Shown here: positions 1 to 9,648 of the stretch, one piece after another
How the letters are laid out: the number at the start of each line of letters is the position of its first letter
How positions within the stretch are numbered: position 1 is the first letter of the stretch
NCBI GenBank assembly: GCA_965650295.1
Contig: CBFGOD010000001.1
Span: 1-32,383 of the forward strand
DNA: 32,383 nucleotides
Direction of reading: 5' to 3'
Source: an uncultured Shinella sp.
GTDB taxonomy: Bacteria; Pseudomonadota; Alphaproteobacteria; Rhizobiales; Rhizobiaceae
Program-made: the position numbers and the translations under genes
Notes under the pieces: model-generated
What the model saw: the letters and a program-made list of their open reading frames with translations, nothing else
The model's database searches: none
What the model was told of the DNA's origin: nothing

Positions 1-1
1 C

Positions 2-1762
2 GTTCCGGTCGATGACGGCCAGGTCCGTCCCGCTGCCGCCATCCGCGACGAGCTTTCCGAATGTATAACCAAGGCCGGCATTCAACTGCACGACATCGTT
101 TCCGGCACCGAGATCAAGCGTCGTCGTATCGCCGCCGCTATGTGCTTCGAAGACCGAAAGATTGACCTCGTCGTCTCCGTCCCCGGCAGAGAAATTGTTG
201 TTGCCGCCGAGATCGTAAAGAACGTCGTCGCCCTTGCCGGCAACGATCTTGTCGTTGCCGAGCCCGCTGTCGAGCACGTCGTCGCCGGCGCTGCCGAAGA
301 GCTGGTCGTTGCCCTTGTCCGACTTGAACCACACCTGCTTTGCATCTCCTGCTTTCAGCACGTCGTTGCCATAGGCGGTGAAGACGTTGAAGATTTCGGT
401 ATCTGCAGCAAACGAACCGTTGGAGAGCGTGCCCTTACCGTTGACGACGTTGAAGGTATATCCGGTCGTCTGGTAACCGGAGACGTCGATATAGACGGTG
501 TCGATGCCGGAGCCGCCATAGATCGAATCCTTGCCGCCGGACGCGAAAATCGTATCGTTGCCCGCCTCGCCATAGAGGGTGTCATCGCCTGCGCCGCCAT
601 CGATATAGTCGTCTCCGGCGCCTGCCTTGACGGTGTCGTTGCCATCGTAGGTGACGATGTGGTCCTTGCCGTCGAGCGTCACGATCGTGTTCTTGGCGTT
701 CGTGCCATAAAGGTCGTAATTCTCGATATTGACGATGGTCGAGCCGTCGGCCAGCGTGTTTACGACCGTGGACGCCTTGGCGGTAAAATTGCCTTCGATA
801 TTGCGGATTTCGAGCTCGTCGATGCCCGCGCCGCCGTCGATCGTATCCTTGCCGTTGAACAGCGTCATCAGGATCTGGTCGTCGCCCGTGCCGGCATTCA
901 CCTTGTCGATACCGGCGCCGGTGATGATGTAATCCTCGCCCGCACCGCCGTTCAGCGTATCGTTGCCATCGCCGCCATGAACGTAGTCGTCGCCGTTACC
1001 GGCTTCGAGCGTATCGTTGCCGTCCTCGCCATAGAGCGCATCGTCGCCGTTGCCGCCGATGACGGTATCATTGCCGAGGCCGCCTTGAAGATTGTCGTCG
1101 CCGTAGCTGCCGTCGAGCCGGTCATCGCCTTCACCGCCATAGACGTAGTCGTCGCCCTGGCCTCCGTAGAGCATATCCTTGCCGGCGCCGCCATCGAGCT
1201 GGTCGTCGCCGCCATTGCCGTAGAGCTTGTCGTTGCCCGCCTGACCGTTGAAGCGGTCGTTCCAATGACCCCCGGTCAGCGTGTCGGCAAAATTGGTGGC
1301 GGAGACCCAATATTGCTCGATGCCCTTGACGGTAAAGCCGAACATATTGACCGACTTTGTCGGATCCTGCACCGTGAAGGTAATGCCGGCTGTGTTGTAT
1401 TGCAGGTTGAAGTCGACGGTGTCCGTACCCAGTCCGCCGTCGATGATGTCGCCTTTCCAGTCGCCGATATTGTAATCGGTGAAGCGGTCGTCCCCCAGTC
1501 CACCCGACATCGTATCGGCGCCGCCGCCGCCCGAAAGGACATCATCGCCCTGGTCGCCCCACAGCTTGTCGTTGCCGAGATCGCCGTAGATATTATCGCC
1601 CTGGAAGCCGCCGATGATGGTGTCGGTGCCGTCCCCGCCCATGAGGGTATCCGCTCCGAACAGTCCGTAGATCTTGTCGTTTCCTCCCTGGCCGTAAATG
1701 TAGTCATAGGTATTTTCGCCCGTCAGCGTTTCCGATGCTTCCGTCCCGTATTTAGTCGCCAC
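2..1762 (-). CDS. RTX/hemolysin-type calcium-binding repeat protein, partial (3' end runs off the left edge)
   Basis: Manual minus-strand translation from GTG at 1762 (GGTGAG upstream): MATKYGTEASETLTGENTYDYIYGQGGNDKIYGLFGADTLMGGDGTDTIIGG... It has dozens of GGxGxDxL nonapeptides and stays open to the edge (...LDLGAGNDVVQLNAG...DGGSGTDLAVIDRN). It is absent from the ORF track because there is no stop in the window. ORF 140..1777+ is its antisense shadow. Confidence 0.93.
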   Translation of the reverse strand, partial: MATKYGTEASETLTGENTYDYIYGQGGNDKIYGLFGADTLMGGDGTDTIIGGFQGDNIYGDLGNDKLWGDQGDDVLSGGGGADTMSGGLGDDRFTDYNIGDWKGDIIDGGLGTDTVDFNLQYNTAGITFTVQDPTKSVNMFGFTVKGIEQYWVSATNFADTLTGGHWNDRFNGQAGNDKLYGNGGDDQLDGGAGKDMLYGGQGDDYVYGGEGDDRLDGSYGDDNLQGGLGNDTVIGGNGDDALYGEDGNDTLEAGNGDDYVHGGDGNDTLNGGAGEDYIITGAGIDKVNAGTGDDQILMTLFNGKDTIDGGAGIDELEIRNIEGNFTAKASTVVNTLADGSTIVNIENYDLYGTNAKNTIVTLDGKDHIVTYDGNDTVKAGAGDDYIDGGAGDDTLYGEAGNDTIFASGGKDSIYGGSGIDTVYIDVSGYQTTGYTFNVVNGKGTLSNGSFAADTEIFNVFTAYGNDVLKAGDAKQVWFKSDKGNDQLFGSAGDDVLDSGLGNDKIVAGKGDDVLYDLGGNNNFSAGDGDDEVNLSVFEAHSGGDTTTLDLGAGNDVVQLNAGLGYTFGKLVADGGSGTDLAVIDRN

Positions 1763-2448
1763 TTTGCTCACCAATAGTCTGTGTTTTTGACAATAACGGC
1801 TGATCGCCACCGACATCGCGGATGGCCGAAGAGACGCAATGATGGAACGTTGAAGGCCGAGCCACCGCAGTTCCCCAGCGAGCTTGTCCCGCCGTGATCG
1901 GGTCTATTCCAAGCGGAGAACGGACCCTGTCACCTCGGTAACAGCGGGATTGCAGGCCAGATCAGGTGACGTGGTGGCTTTTAAGCAGAGGCGCCGCAGA
2001 TTTTCCTTCAACTCGTTGCTGCAATAGCGCGCGCGTTTGAGGGCGCCGAACGTAGTCGCCTCTCGGCAGGATTAGCTCGTCAATCAATGGTAGTACTCAC
2101 GGATTTTTTAGTCTCGCCAGAAGGCGGTAAAATATTCCATGTAAGAAAAACAAATTATTTGCGAATAAACCCGAAACCGCCCGCGTTCGTTATTTGTAGA
2201 CGACTTCAGAGAGTAAGCCGTTCAGGAAATTGAATGGAATATCCCGAGGCGAAATCACCTTTCGCCGCGGGCGTGAATTCTTATTCTCTGTTCCCTACTG
2301 CGCATACCCAGATGCCGGGTTTGTATTCGGACCGTTCGCGTTGTCGAGGCGGTCCGATGAGCGACGTCGAATGCCGTCGCATCAACCGGTGGCTTTACCG
2401 AAATCACGCTGAATTCCGATCGACCATATCAGTTCAGGAGTGCTACCG

Positions 2449-5289
2449 ATGACCGTTACCACCACTTTCAACAACACCACCACGACCTTCCAATTCGGTG
2501 TCAATACCTTCACGCCCGGCAATCAGATTTTGCCGGATGTACTGGGCCTCGACAATGGCGGTTTCGTTGCCGCCTACAACACCGCAAATGGCAACTTCAT
2601 CCTTTTGAATTTCTACGACGCCAATTCCAATGCGGTCGGAGGATTTCAGATTCCCTACGATGATGCCAATACCGAGCCACCCGGTAAACCCTCGCTGACC
2701 AAGCTCGCCAATGGCAATGTGCTGGTCGTCTGGGACGACAATAATCCCGCTGAAACCGCCATACTCGGCCGCATCTTCGACCAGAACGGCAATGCCGTCG
2801 GCGGCGAGCTGACGCTGAGCGGCTCCTCTATTTCGTTCGAAGATCCGGTTACCAGCGCCCTCAGTGGCGGCGGCTTTGCCATAAGCTTCACGTTCGGCGG
2901 CAACATTTTTGTTGGCCGCTACAACGCGTTCGGCTCCCAGTTGGGTACCTTCACTCAGGTCAACACCGTCGCAACGACCGGGACCCAGAACGATGCTTCC
3001 ATCGTCGGCCTGGCTGACGGTGGCTTCGTTGTCACCTATACCGATACGAACCCGGCCAGCCAGCCGCTCAGGGCCGTGATCTACAATGCCGATGGCTCCG
3101 TGCGCACCGCCGATTTCCTGATCGACAGCATCGGTGACAACACGCAATCGTCATTGACCGCCTTGCCGAACGGCAACTGGGCCGTGGTCTACGCCGATTC
3201 CGGCTGGTCCGAAGGCGGCACGCTGGGCAACGGCATCACGCTTGAGATCTTCAACGCCAACGGCGTCTCCCAGACCGGTTTCATACACGTCAACACCACG
3301 AGCACCGTCGATGAAGTCGATCCCGACATTTCGGTCCTGTCGAACGGATTCATCGTCGTCAGTTGGACGCGACCTTTCAACGCTACCACTGACGATATCT
3401 TTGCCCGCATCTTCGACCAGAACGGCAACGCGTTGTCGGCAAACCTGGCGAGTGAATTCGCGATCGCCGCTGAAGGTGCCGACCGGGATATCTTTTCTGC
3501 CCTCGGCATGCTGAAAAACGGCAAATTCGTTACCGTATGGCAGGATGCCGGTGATACGGACGGCGATGGTGGCCGGATTACGGGTGAAGTCAACCAGCTC
3601 ACCCGCACCAGCGTTAGCGACGCCGCTGGCGATACTATCCAGATTGATTCTCTGCGCGACTTCGCATCCGGCAATGCCGGGAATGATACGTTTAGAGGTG
3701 GTGGCCTCGATGCCTTCACCAATGACACGATCGATGGCGGCGCCGATTCCGACCGAATTCTTGCTACCGGCGATATCAGCCTCGTCAATACGACGGTCCT
3801 CTCGATAGAGGAAATCGAATTCGAGGCCGTGGCACCGGAAAAGCTCGTCATAGTGCGTGCCGATCAGATCGGCGCGGGTCTTGCGGCCAATCTCGTTCTC
3901 GATTTTGCAGCTATCGGCACGGCTGACCGCTTCCGCGTCGAAATGGGCACCGCCACCTCCGTCGATCTATCGCAGTTCCAGGTGCAGGATTTCAATCCAG
4001 GGGCCGGCGAGGGTGATCGACTGATCATCCTTGGTGATAATGACAATGAAACGATGCGCGGCACCTCCGTGCGTGACGAGTTGTATGGCACGGGCGGTAA
4101 TGATTTGCTGGATGGTGGTGCCGGTGGCGACTATCTGTCTGGCGGAAGCGGCTCTGACCGCGTCACGTATGCCAACGCCACGGCGGGTGTGATTGCCAAT
4201 CTGTCCAGTCCGGCCGGCAATACCGGCGAGGCGGCCGGCGATACCTACAACTCCATCGAAAATATGACTGGTTCTGCTTTCAACGATACCCTGACCGGCA
4301 CGAGCGGCACTAACAGCATTCTTGGCGGGAATGGGAACGACCGAATTTCCGGTCTGAGTGGCAATGACAGGCTGTTCGGAAACGACGGGAACGACGTCCT
4401 GCTTGGTGGGGCAGGGGCGGATGACCTTTCCGGTGGCGCAGGATCCGACCGTGCGTCGTACGAGGCCGCCACCGCCGGTGTGACTGCCAGCCTGGCCAGT
4501 CCGGGGGGCAATACCGGCGAAGCGGCCGGCGATACCTACAACTCCATCGAAAACCTGACCGGTTCTGCGTTTAACGACACGCTGACGGGCAATAATGGTA
4601 CCAACAGCATTATCGGCGGCAACGGCAATGACACGATTTTCGGGCTGGGCGGCAACGACAATCTGTTCGGGCAGGATGGTAACGACAACCTGATCGGGGG
4701 TGCCGGCGCCGATGCATTGTCTGGTGGCAATGGATCGGACCGGGCTTCTTATCAGACAGCAACGTCCGGAGTGGTTGCCAGCTTGACGAGCCCGGCAAGC
4801 AATACCGGTGATGCAGCAGGCGATACCTATTCGTCGATCGAAAACCTGACCGGTTCTTCCTTCAACGATACGCTGACCGGTAACGGTGGCGATAACATCC
4901 TCGTCGGTGGCGCCGGTAACGATACGCTCAATGGTCGGACGGGCAACGATACGCTGACGGGTGGCAGCGGAAACGACAATTTCGTTTTCAATACCACGCT
5001 CGGGGCAACCAACATCGACCATATAACCGACTTCAGCTTCGTCAATGACACGATCAGGCTGGACAATGCTATCTTCAACGCGATCGTGGGTGTCGGCGTG
5101 CTCAGCGCTGCACAATTCGTCTCTAATACCACCGGAGCAGCTGGGGATTCGAACGACCGTATCATCTACGAAAATGATACCGGGAAACTCTTTTACGACA
5201 GCAACGGTAACGCAGCGGGTGGATCGGTACTTTTTGCCACTCTTTCTCCTGGGCTCGGCATCACCAACGCCGATTTCTTCATCATCTAG
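2449..5289 (+). CDS. RTX calcium-binding secreted protein with an N-terminal repeat (probable beta-propeller) domain, 946 aa
   Basis: ATG at 2449 with AGGAG 8 nt upstream. Seven N-terminal 'P.V..L.NG.FVV.W...I.ARIF..NG'-like repeats, many GGxGNDxL repeats, and a C-terminal 'DHITDF..DTIRLD...RIIYENDTGKLFYDSNG...LFATL...ADFFII' tail typical of type I secreted proteins. No Sec signal. Confidence 0.92.
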   Translation: MTVTTTFNNTTTTFQFGVNTFTPGNQILPDVLGLDNGGFVAAYNTANGNFILLNFYDANSNAVGGFQIPYDDANTEPPGKPSLTKLANGNVLVVWDDNNPAETAILGRIFDQNGNAVGGELTLSGSSISFEDPVTSALSGGGFAISFTFGGNIFVGRYNAFGSQLGTFTQVNTVATTGTQNDASIVGLADGGFVVTYTDTNPASQPLRAVIYNADGSVRTADFLIDSIGDNTQSSLTALPNGNWAVVYADSGWSEGGTLGNGITLEIFNANGVSQTGFIHVNTTSTVDEVDPDISVLSNGFIVVSWTRPFNATTDDIFARIFDQNGNALSANLASEFAIAAEGADRDIFSALGMLKNGKFVTVWQDAGDTDGDGGRITGEVNQLTRTSVSDAAGDTIQIDSLRDFASGNAGNDTFRGGGLDAFTNDTIDGGADSDRILATGDISLVNTTVLSIEEIEFEAVAPEKLVIVRADQIGAGLAANLVLDFAAIGTADRFRVEMGTATSVDLSQFQVQDFNPGAGEGDRLIILGDNDNETMRGTSVRDELYGTGGNDLLDGGAGGDYLSGGSGSDRVTYANATAGVIANLSSPAGNTGEAAGDTYNSIENMTGSAFNDTLTGTSGTNSILGGNGNDRISGLSGNDRLFGNDGNDVLLGGAGADDLSGGAGSDRASYEAATAGVTASLASPGGNTGEAAGDTYNSIENLTGSAFNDTLTGNNGTNSIIGGNGNDTIFGLGGNDNLFGQDGNDNLIGGAGADALSGGNGSDRASYQTATSGVVASLTSPASNTGDAAGDTYSSIENLTGSSFNDTLTGNGGDNILVGGAGNDTLNGRTGNDTLTGGSGNDNFVFNTTLGATNIDHITDFSFVNDTIRLDNAIFNAIVGVGVLSAAQFVSNTTGAAGDSNDRIIYENDTGKLFYDSNGNAAGGSVLFATLSPGLGITNADFFII
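4096..4968 (+). repeat. Three tandem 291-bp (97-aa) intragenic repeats
   Basis: GND anchor codons at 4096, 4387, 4678 and 4969. The 'P.GNTGEAAGDTYNSIENLTGSAFNDTLTG' block starts at 4210, 4501 and 4792, an exact 291-bp period. Confidence 0.9.
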
Positions 5290-5323
5290 GGACGCGCCGG
5301 CGCCCCATCGGCCTGACCAAAAC

Positions 5324-5358
5324 AGCTCAAGGCGCCGGGTTTTCCGGCGCCTTGAGCT
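5324..5358. terminator. Perfect 15-bp hairpin, probable terminator between convergent genes
   Basis: AGCTCAAGGCGCCGG-gtttt-CCGGCGCCTTGAGCT, 34 nt after the RTX stop. On the minus strand it is followed by GTTTT. Confidence 0.75.
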
Positions 5359-5541
5359 TGAGCAGTTTCAGTGGAGGCAATGTGATCCAGGTGGACTGTT
5401 CCATTTGTAAGCTTCGGACCGGGATGCGCCGGAAGGAACTTGGCTGGAACGCCGAGGGAGTGAGCAGCCGCCTACGTGACTCGATCCTGATCGGCAGCCG
5501 AACCCGAGCAAAAGTCGATTGAGACGCTCCGGGTGCCGAAC

Positions 5542-6660
5542 TCAGTCGTCACCAGATCCCTTCCAGCTTTGGTAGTCAGCTGCCGTGCATCCGAAGGGTG
5601 CCGGGCCGTCGCCGAAGCGCTTCTGCAATTCACCGCAGCCCCATCGATTGAGGGCCTCGGGCATCATGTTGTTGATGTCCATCCCCGGCGAATTGTACTG
5701 GGAGGGCGCGCTCGTCACATACCAGAGCCAATAACCGAAAACGCCGCCGATGATGAGCAGCACGAGAAGGAGAAACAGGCCTAGTCTCCGTGCAATCGAC
5801 ATGCCCTTCCTTGCCGTGGCAGGAGAGGCGATTGTGGCCTGTTGGCCTGCGGAGGCCGTGGTTGCGTAGAGCGGGGCGAGCGCGTCGGCACGTTCCTGCT
5901 GCGACATCTCGATCCGCTCCAGCCGGTCATCCAGCAGAACGGGGAGCGACGTGTCCCCGTGCCAGACGGCAAGAGCAACCGCGTTGCTGCCGGCGTCGCC
6001 GACGATGATCGGCTCCTGTCCGGGCTCGAAGCGTGTGAAGGCGACCCGCTTTGTCTTCCGCTCGCTTATCTTGTCGGCATAGGTGACGGCCAGACGGTTG
6101 CGTTTCCGCTCCATGCCCGTGATCTCGACCGGGATGACGGTAAGGGGGGCAAGGTGCCGCAATTGGCTGCGGACGCGCAGGATGCGCAGGGTAAAGAAGA
6201 TCATCGCCAGACCGCCGCCGCCCAGCAGAAGCGTAAACACGGCGAGTGTGATGATCCGGTTCCAGAGCATGTCCAGCCCGAGGCTGATCGTTGCGAGATC
6301 CGGATGATCCGCCGAGATGACAAGGCCGGTTTCGTAATCGCCGGTGTGGAAATCGACGAACATGACCTCGACGTTCTTGTCGTACCGCGTGCCGCCGTGC
6401 TCGTAGGAAAGATCGACCTCGCAGGTGGTGAAGACGGCTTTCCGCGTCGTGCAATTCCCATCAATATTGCCGTTTTCGATGGCGAGCGGATTCTGATTGA
6501 TTTTGTAATCGCGCAGGATGCCCGGACCCTCCGTCACGAGCATGAAAACGGCAATCGCCAACAGGATGGGCGTGGAGAAATAGTAGGCGAGCGGTGTTGA
6601 AATGACCCCGCGCTTCAAAGCGAGAGGGCGGGCGGGAAGTCCGATCGTGGGAAAAGTCAT
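5542..6660 (-). CDS. Hypothetical integral membrane protein (~3 TM segments), 372 aa
   Basis: ORF trimmed to ATG 6660 (MTFPTIGLP...). Hydrophobic stretches YYFSTPILLAIAVFMLV, IITLAVFTLLLGGGGLAMIFF and LGLFLLLVLLIIGGVFGYWLWYV. Cys pairs CTTRKAVFTTC and WGC...PFGC. Start is uncertain. Confidence 0.75.
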   Translation of the reverse strand: MTFPTIGLPARPLALKRGVISTPLAYYFSTPILLAIAVFMLVTEGPGILRDYKINQNPLAIENGNIDGNCTTRKAVFTTCEVDLSYEHGGTRYDKNVEVMFVDFHTGDYETGLVISADHPDLATISLGLDMLWNRIITLAVFTLLLGGGGLAMIFFTLRILRVRSQLRHLAPLTVIPVEITGMERKRNRLAVTYADKISERKTKRVAFTRFEPGQEPIIVGDAGSNAVALAVWHGDTSLPVLLDDRLERIEMSQQERADALAPLYATTASAGQQATIASPATARKGMSIARRLGLFLLLVLLIIGGVFGYWLWYVTSAPSQYNSPGMDINNMMPEALNRWGCGELQKRFGDGPAPFGCTAADYQSWKGSGDD

Positions 6661-6900
6661 GATTTGCCTGAAATGATTTCGCTTAGGGGTGCCGGCGGAT
6701 AAGGGACGGCGGACGCTTCCGAAAAATTCGAAAGGAAACGGCATTAAACGAACAAGTGGCGCTTCGGGCCGGTTTATACCGTCGAGCAGTATGCCCCCAG
6801 GCTATTGCGAGAGGCTCGTTTGGGCGCGCAAGCGGACAATCCTTAACTGATGCCCGCATCCGTCCGGCGTCATCCGGAAATGGCCTTGTGGCAACGGGCC

Positions 6901-6918
6901 TTGTCACATCGCTGTCAA
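6901..6918 (+). promoter_or_regulatory. Putative Pho box (PhoB binding site)
   Basis: TTGTCAC-atcg-CTGTCAA: two TGTCA half-sites with 11-bp periodicity, matching CTGTCAT-N4-CTGTCAY, 44 nt upstream of the SBP ATG. Confidence 0.65.
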
Positions 6919-6962
6919 TCTACGGGGATAGGGGAGCGCAGAAACTCCCGAAAGGATGCTCC

Positions 6963-7937
6963 ATGAACGCCCTGGTTTCCGCCGCCGCCCTCTTCGCTGC
7001 AAGCTTCGCTATCCCGGCCTCAGCCGCAAATCTGGTGCTTTATACCAGCCAGCCGAATGAGGACGCGCAGGCGACCGTCGATGGCTTTATGGCCGCCAAT
7101 CCCGACATCAAGCTTGAGTTCGTGCGAGACGGCACGCCAAAGATCATGGCCAAGCTCCAGGCGGAGATCGCTGCCGGCAACCCGGTCGCCGATCTCCTGC
7201 TGATTGCCGATGCTGTAACGCTCGAGCGCCTCAAGCAGGATGGCAAGCTGCTCGCCTATATGTCACCAGAAGCGGTCGACTATGATGCCATCCTCTATGA
7301 CAAGGACGGTTATTACTATTCGACCAAGCTTATTACGACCGGTATCGTCTACAACACATCGGCCTCCACGAAGCCGACGAGCTGGCAGGATCTGGTCAAG
7401 CCGGAAACCAAGGGCCTCGCGACCATGCCGAGCCCGCTGACCTCGGGCGCAGCCCTCATCCACGCTCAGACGCTGACGGCCGTCGATGGCCTCGGCTGGG
7501 ACTATTACAAGGCGCTTGCCGAAAACGGCACGACGGCTGCGGGCGGCAACGGCGCGGTTCTCAAGGCCGTAGCCTCGGGCGAAAAGGCTTATGGCATGGT
7601 CGTGGACTATATGCCGATCCGTGAGAAGGCAAAGGGCGCGCCGGTCGAGTTCGTCTTCCCGAAGGAAGGCGTTTCTGCGGTTACCGAGCCGGTCGGCATC
7701 CTGGCCTCCTCCAAGAATGCCGAGGCGGCCAAGAAGTTCGTCGACTATGTTCTCTCCGCGGAAGGCCAGGAAGGTTTCGTCAAGCTCGGCTATATCCCGG
7801 CGCGCAAGGGTATCGCCATGCCCGAAGGTTTTCCGGCACGCGAGACGATCCGCGTCCTGCCGCTTGATGCTGCAACGGCTTTGAAGAACACCGACGCCGA
7901 CCTGAAGACCTTCTCAGGCTATTTCGGTTCGAACTGA
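6963..7937 (+). CDS. ABC transporter substrate-binding protein, AfuA/FbpA-like family
   Basis: ATG 6963 with AAAGGA SD. Signal peptide MNALVSAAALFAASFAIPASA-A. Motifs LVLYTS, P.SW.DL, PSPLTSG, VEFVFPKEG and AAKKFVDYVLS.EGQ. Confidence 0.9.
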   Translation: MNALVSAAALFAASFAIPASAANLVLYTSQPNEDAQATVDGFMAANPDIKLEFVRDGTPKIMAKLQAEIAAGNPVADLLLIADAVTLERLKQDGKLLAYMSPEAVDYDAILYDKDGYYYSTKLITTGIVYNTSASTKPTSWQDLVKPETKGLATMPSPLTSGAALIHAQTLTAVDGLGWDYYKALAENGTTAAGGNGAVLKAVASGEKAYGMVVDYMPIREKAKGAPVEFVFPKEGVSAVTEPVGILASSKNAEAAKKFVDYVLSAEGQEGFVKLGYIPARKGIAMPEGFPARETIRVLPLDAATALKNTDADLKTFSGYFGSN

Positions 7938-7953
7938 GGCGCTAAGCCCTTTC

Positions 7954-9648
7954 ATGCGCGGTTATGTTCGCCCAGGAAACAGCCAGCCCGCCTGGCTGTT
8001 TTCATTCATCGTCAGCGTCGTTCTCGTTCTCAGCGTGCTGCCGCTTGCGCGGCTTGCGATGGCGGGCATTGCCGCCTTTGCGGCCGACGGCGCGCTCGAC
8101 ATGTTCTCCGACGCCGCCCTCTGGTCGGCCATCTATTACACGCTGGTCACTGCCGTGATCGGCACCTTGATCTCGCTGGTCATTGGCACGCTCTTCGCTT
8201 TCCTCCTCACGCTGACCGATGTTCCAGGCAGGGGAGCGCTCGGCTTTCTTTTCGTGCTGCCGATGATGATCCCGCCACAGGTGACGGCGCTTGCCTGGGT
8301 GCAGATATCAGGCCCTTCCAGCCCCCTCCTGAAGGCGCTGCACATCGCTCCGCCTCTCGGCTCGCCGCAGCCTCTCTATTCTGCGGGCGGTATTGCTCTG
8401 CTCTACGGCGTACAGCATGCGCCGCTCGTCTATCTCGCCCTTCGTGCGGGACTGATGAGCGTACCGCGTGACGGCATAGAAGCGGCACGCCTGTCGGGTG
8501 CTTCGCCCTTTCGCACGTTCCGGGATATTGTGCTGCCGTTGGCGCTGCCGGGGATGATTGCAGGCGCCGCGATCGCCTTCGTCTCCTGCATCGGCAATTT
8601 CGGTATTCCCGCGATCCTTGGCATCCCGGCGTCGATCTATACGCTGGCGACGCTGATCTTCACGAAATTTTCCGCTTTCACCGATCGCACCTTCGGCGAC
8701 GTCGCCATGCTTTCCGGCATCATTGCCCTTGTTTCCGTAGCGGGGCTTGCCGTGCAGGAGCGAGTGCTGAGCGGCCGCGACTATCGCATCCTCGGTCAGT
8801 CGGGTGCGACAATGTCCTTTCCCATCGGCCGGTGGCGTTTCGTCTTCGCGCCCTTGCTGGTGGTCCTGCTGTTTTTCATGCTGGTCGCCCCGTTCCTTGC
8901 GCTGGTCGCGGGCGCACTGGTTCCGGCATATGGCGTGCCGCTGACTTTTCAGACGATATCTTTCAGCGCCTTTCAAGAGGTGCTTGTGCGGCAGGCGGTC
9001 ACGCGGACCGCCTTCGCCAACTCGCTGTTTCTTGCGACGGTTACCGCTCTTGGCCTCCTAGCCCTCTCGATGCTTGCGGGTTACGTGTTGACCAGAAGGC
9101 GCGATGCTGCTTCGCGCCTTATAGCGAGCTTCATCGAAACCTCCTATGCGCTTCCCGGCATCGTCGTGGCGATTGCTTTCATCCTTGTCTTCGCGGCCCC
9201 GCTGCCGGTCTTCAACGCGACGCTTTATGGAACCATCTGGATCATCCTCCTGGCCTATTTCGCGAGCTTCTTTGCGGTCAGCTTGAAACCGGTCGTCAGC
9301 GCCTATCGGCAACTGGATCCAGCGCTGGAGGAGGCCGCGCGGCTTGCCGGAGCGGGTTTCTTCCTGCGCCTGAGGGATGTTCTCGTTCCGCTCGTCGCGC
9401 CCGCGGCGGGGGCATCCGTCATTCTCGTCTTTCTCATCGCCTGCAATGAACTGACTGTCTCGGCGCTGCTATGGTCCGCCGGCACGCAAACACTCGGCGT
9501 TGTCATCTATAATCTCGATGACAGCGGCAGCTCCGATGCCGCGTCGGCCCTTTCCGTGCTCGTCGTCTTGATGGTCGTCGTCATGATGCTTTTGTTGGAA
9601 GGATTGGCAAAACACCTGCCGAAAGGATCGGTGCCATGGCGAAGCTGA
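7954..9648 (+). CDS. ABC transporter permease, AfuB/FbpB-type (fused double permease)
   Basis: About 12 hydrophobic segments and two EAA loops (IEAARLSGAS; LEEAARLAGAG). Confidence 0.92.
   Translation: MRGYVRPGNSQPAWLFSFIVSVVLVLSVLPLARLAMAGIAAFAADGALDMFSDAALWSAIYYTLVTAVIGTLISLVIGTLFAFLLTLTDVPGRGALGFLFVLPMMIPPQVTALAWVQISGPSSPLLKALHIAPPLGSPQPLYSAGGIALLYGVQHAPLVYLALRAGLMSVPRDGIEAARLSGASPFRTFRDIVLPLALPGMIAGAAIAFVSCIGNFGIPAILGIPASIYTLATLIFTKFSAFTDRTFGDVAMLSGIIALVSVAGLAVQERVLSGRDYRILGQSGATMSFPIGRWRFVFAPLLVVLLFFMLVAPFLALVAGALVPAYGVPLTFQTISFSAFQEVLVRQAVTRTAFANSLFLATVTALGLLALSMLAGYVLTRRRDAASRLIASFIETSYALPGIVVAIAFILVFAAPLPVFNATLYGTIWIILLAYFASFFAVSLKPVVSAYRQLDPALEEAARLAGAGFFLRLRDVLVPLVAPAAGASVILVFLIACNELTVSALLWSAGTQTLGVVIYNLDDSGSSDAASALSVLVVLMVVVMMLLLEGLAKHLPKGSVPWRS

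Noticed and set aside
140..1777. 545-aa plus-strand ORF rich in V/A/D/I
   Set aside because: Codon-aligned antisense shadow of the minus-strand RTX gene; the repeat motifs make sense only on the minus strand.
2230..2452. Short ORFs 2230..2412 and 2234..2452 as leader peptides
   Set aside because: No family motif or coding bias visible; more likely chance ORFs in the RTX leader.
4096..4968. Regularly spaced repeats as a CRISPR array
   Set aside because: In-frame coding repeats with a 291-bp period and synonymous variation; no unique spacers and no cas genes.
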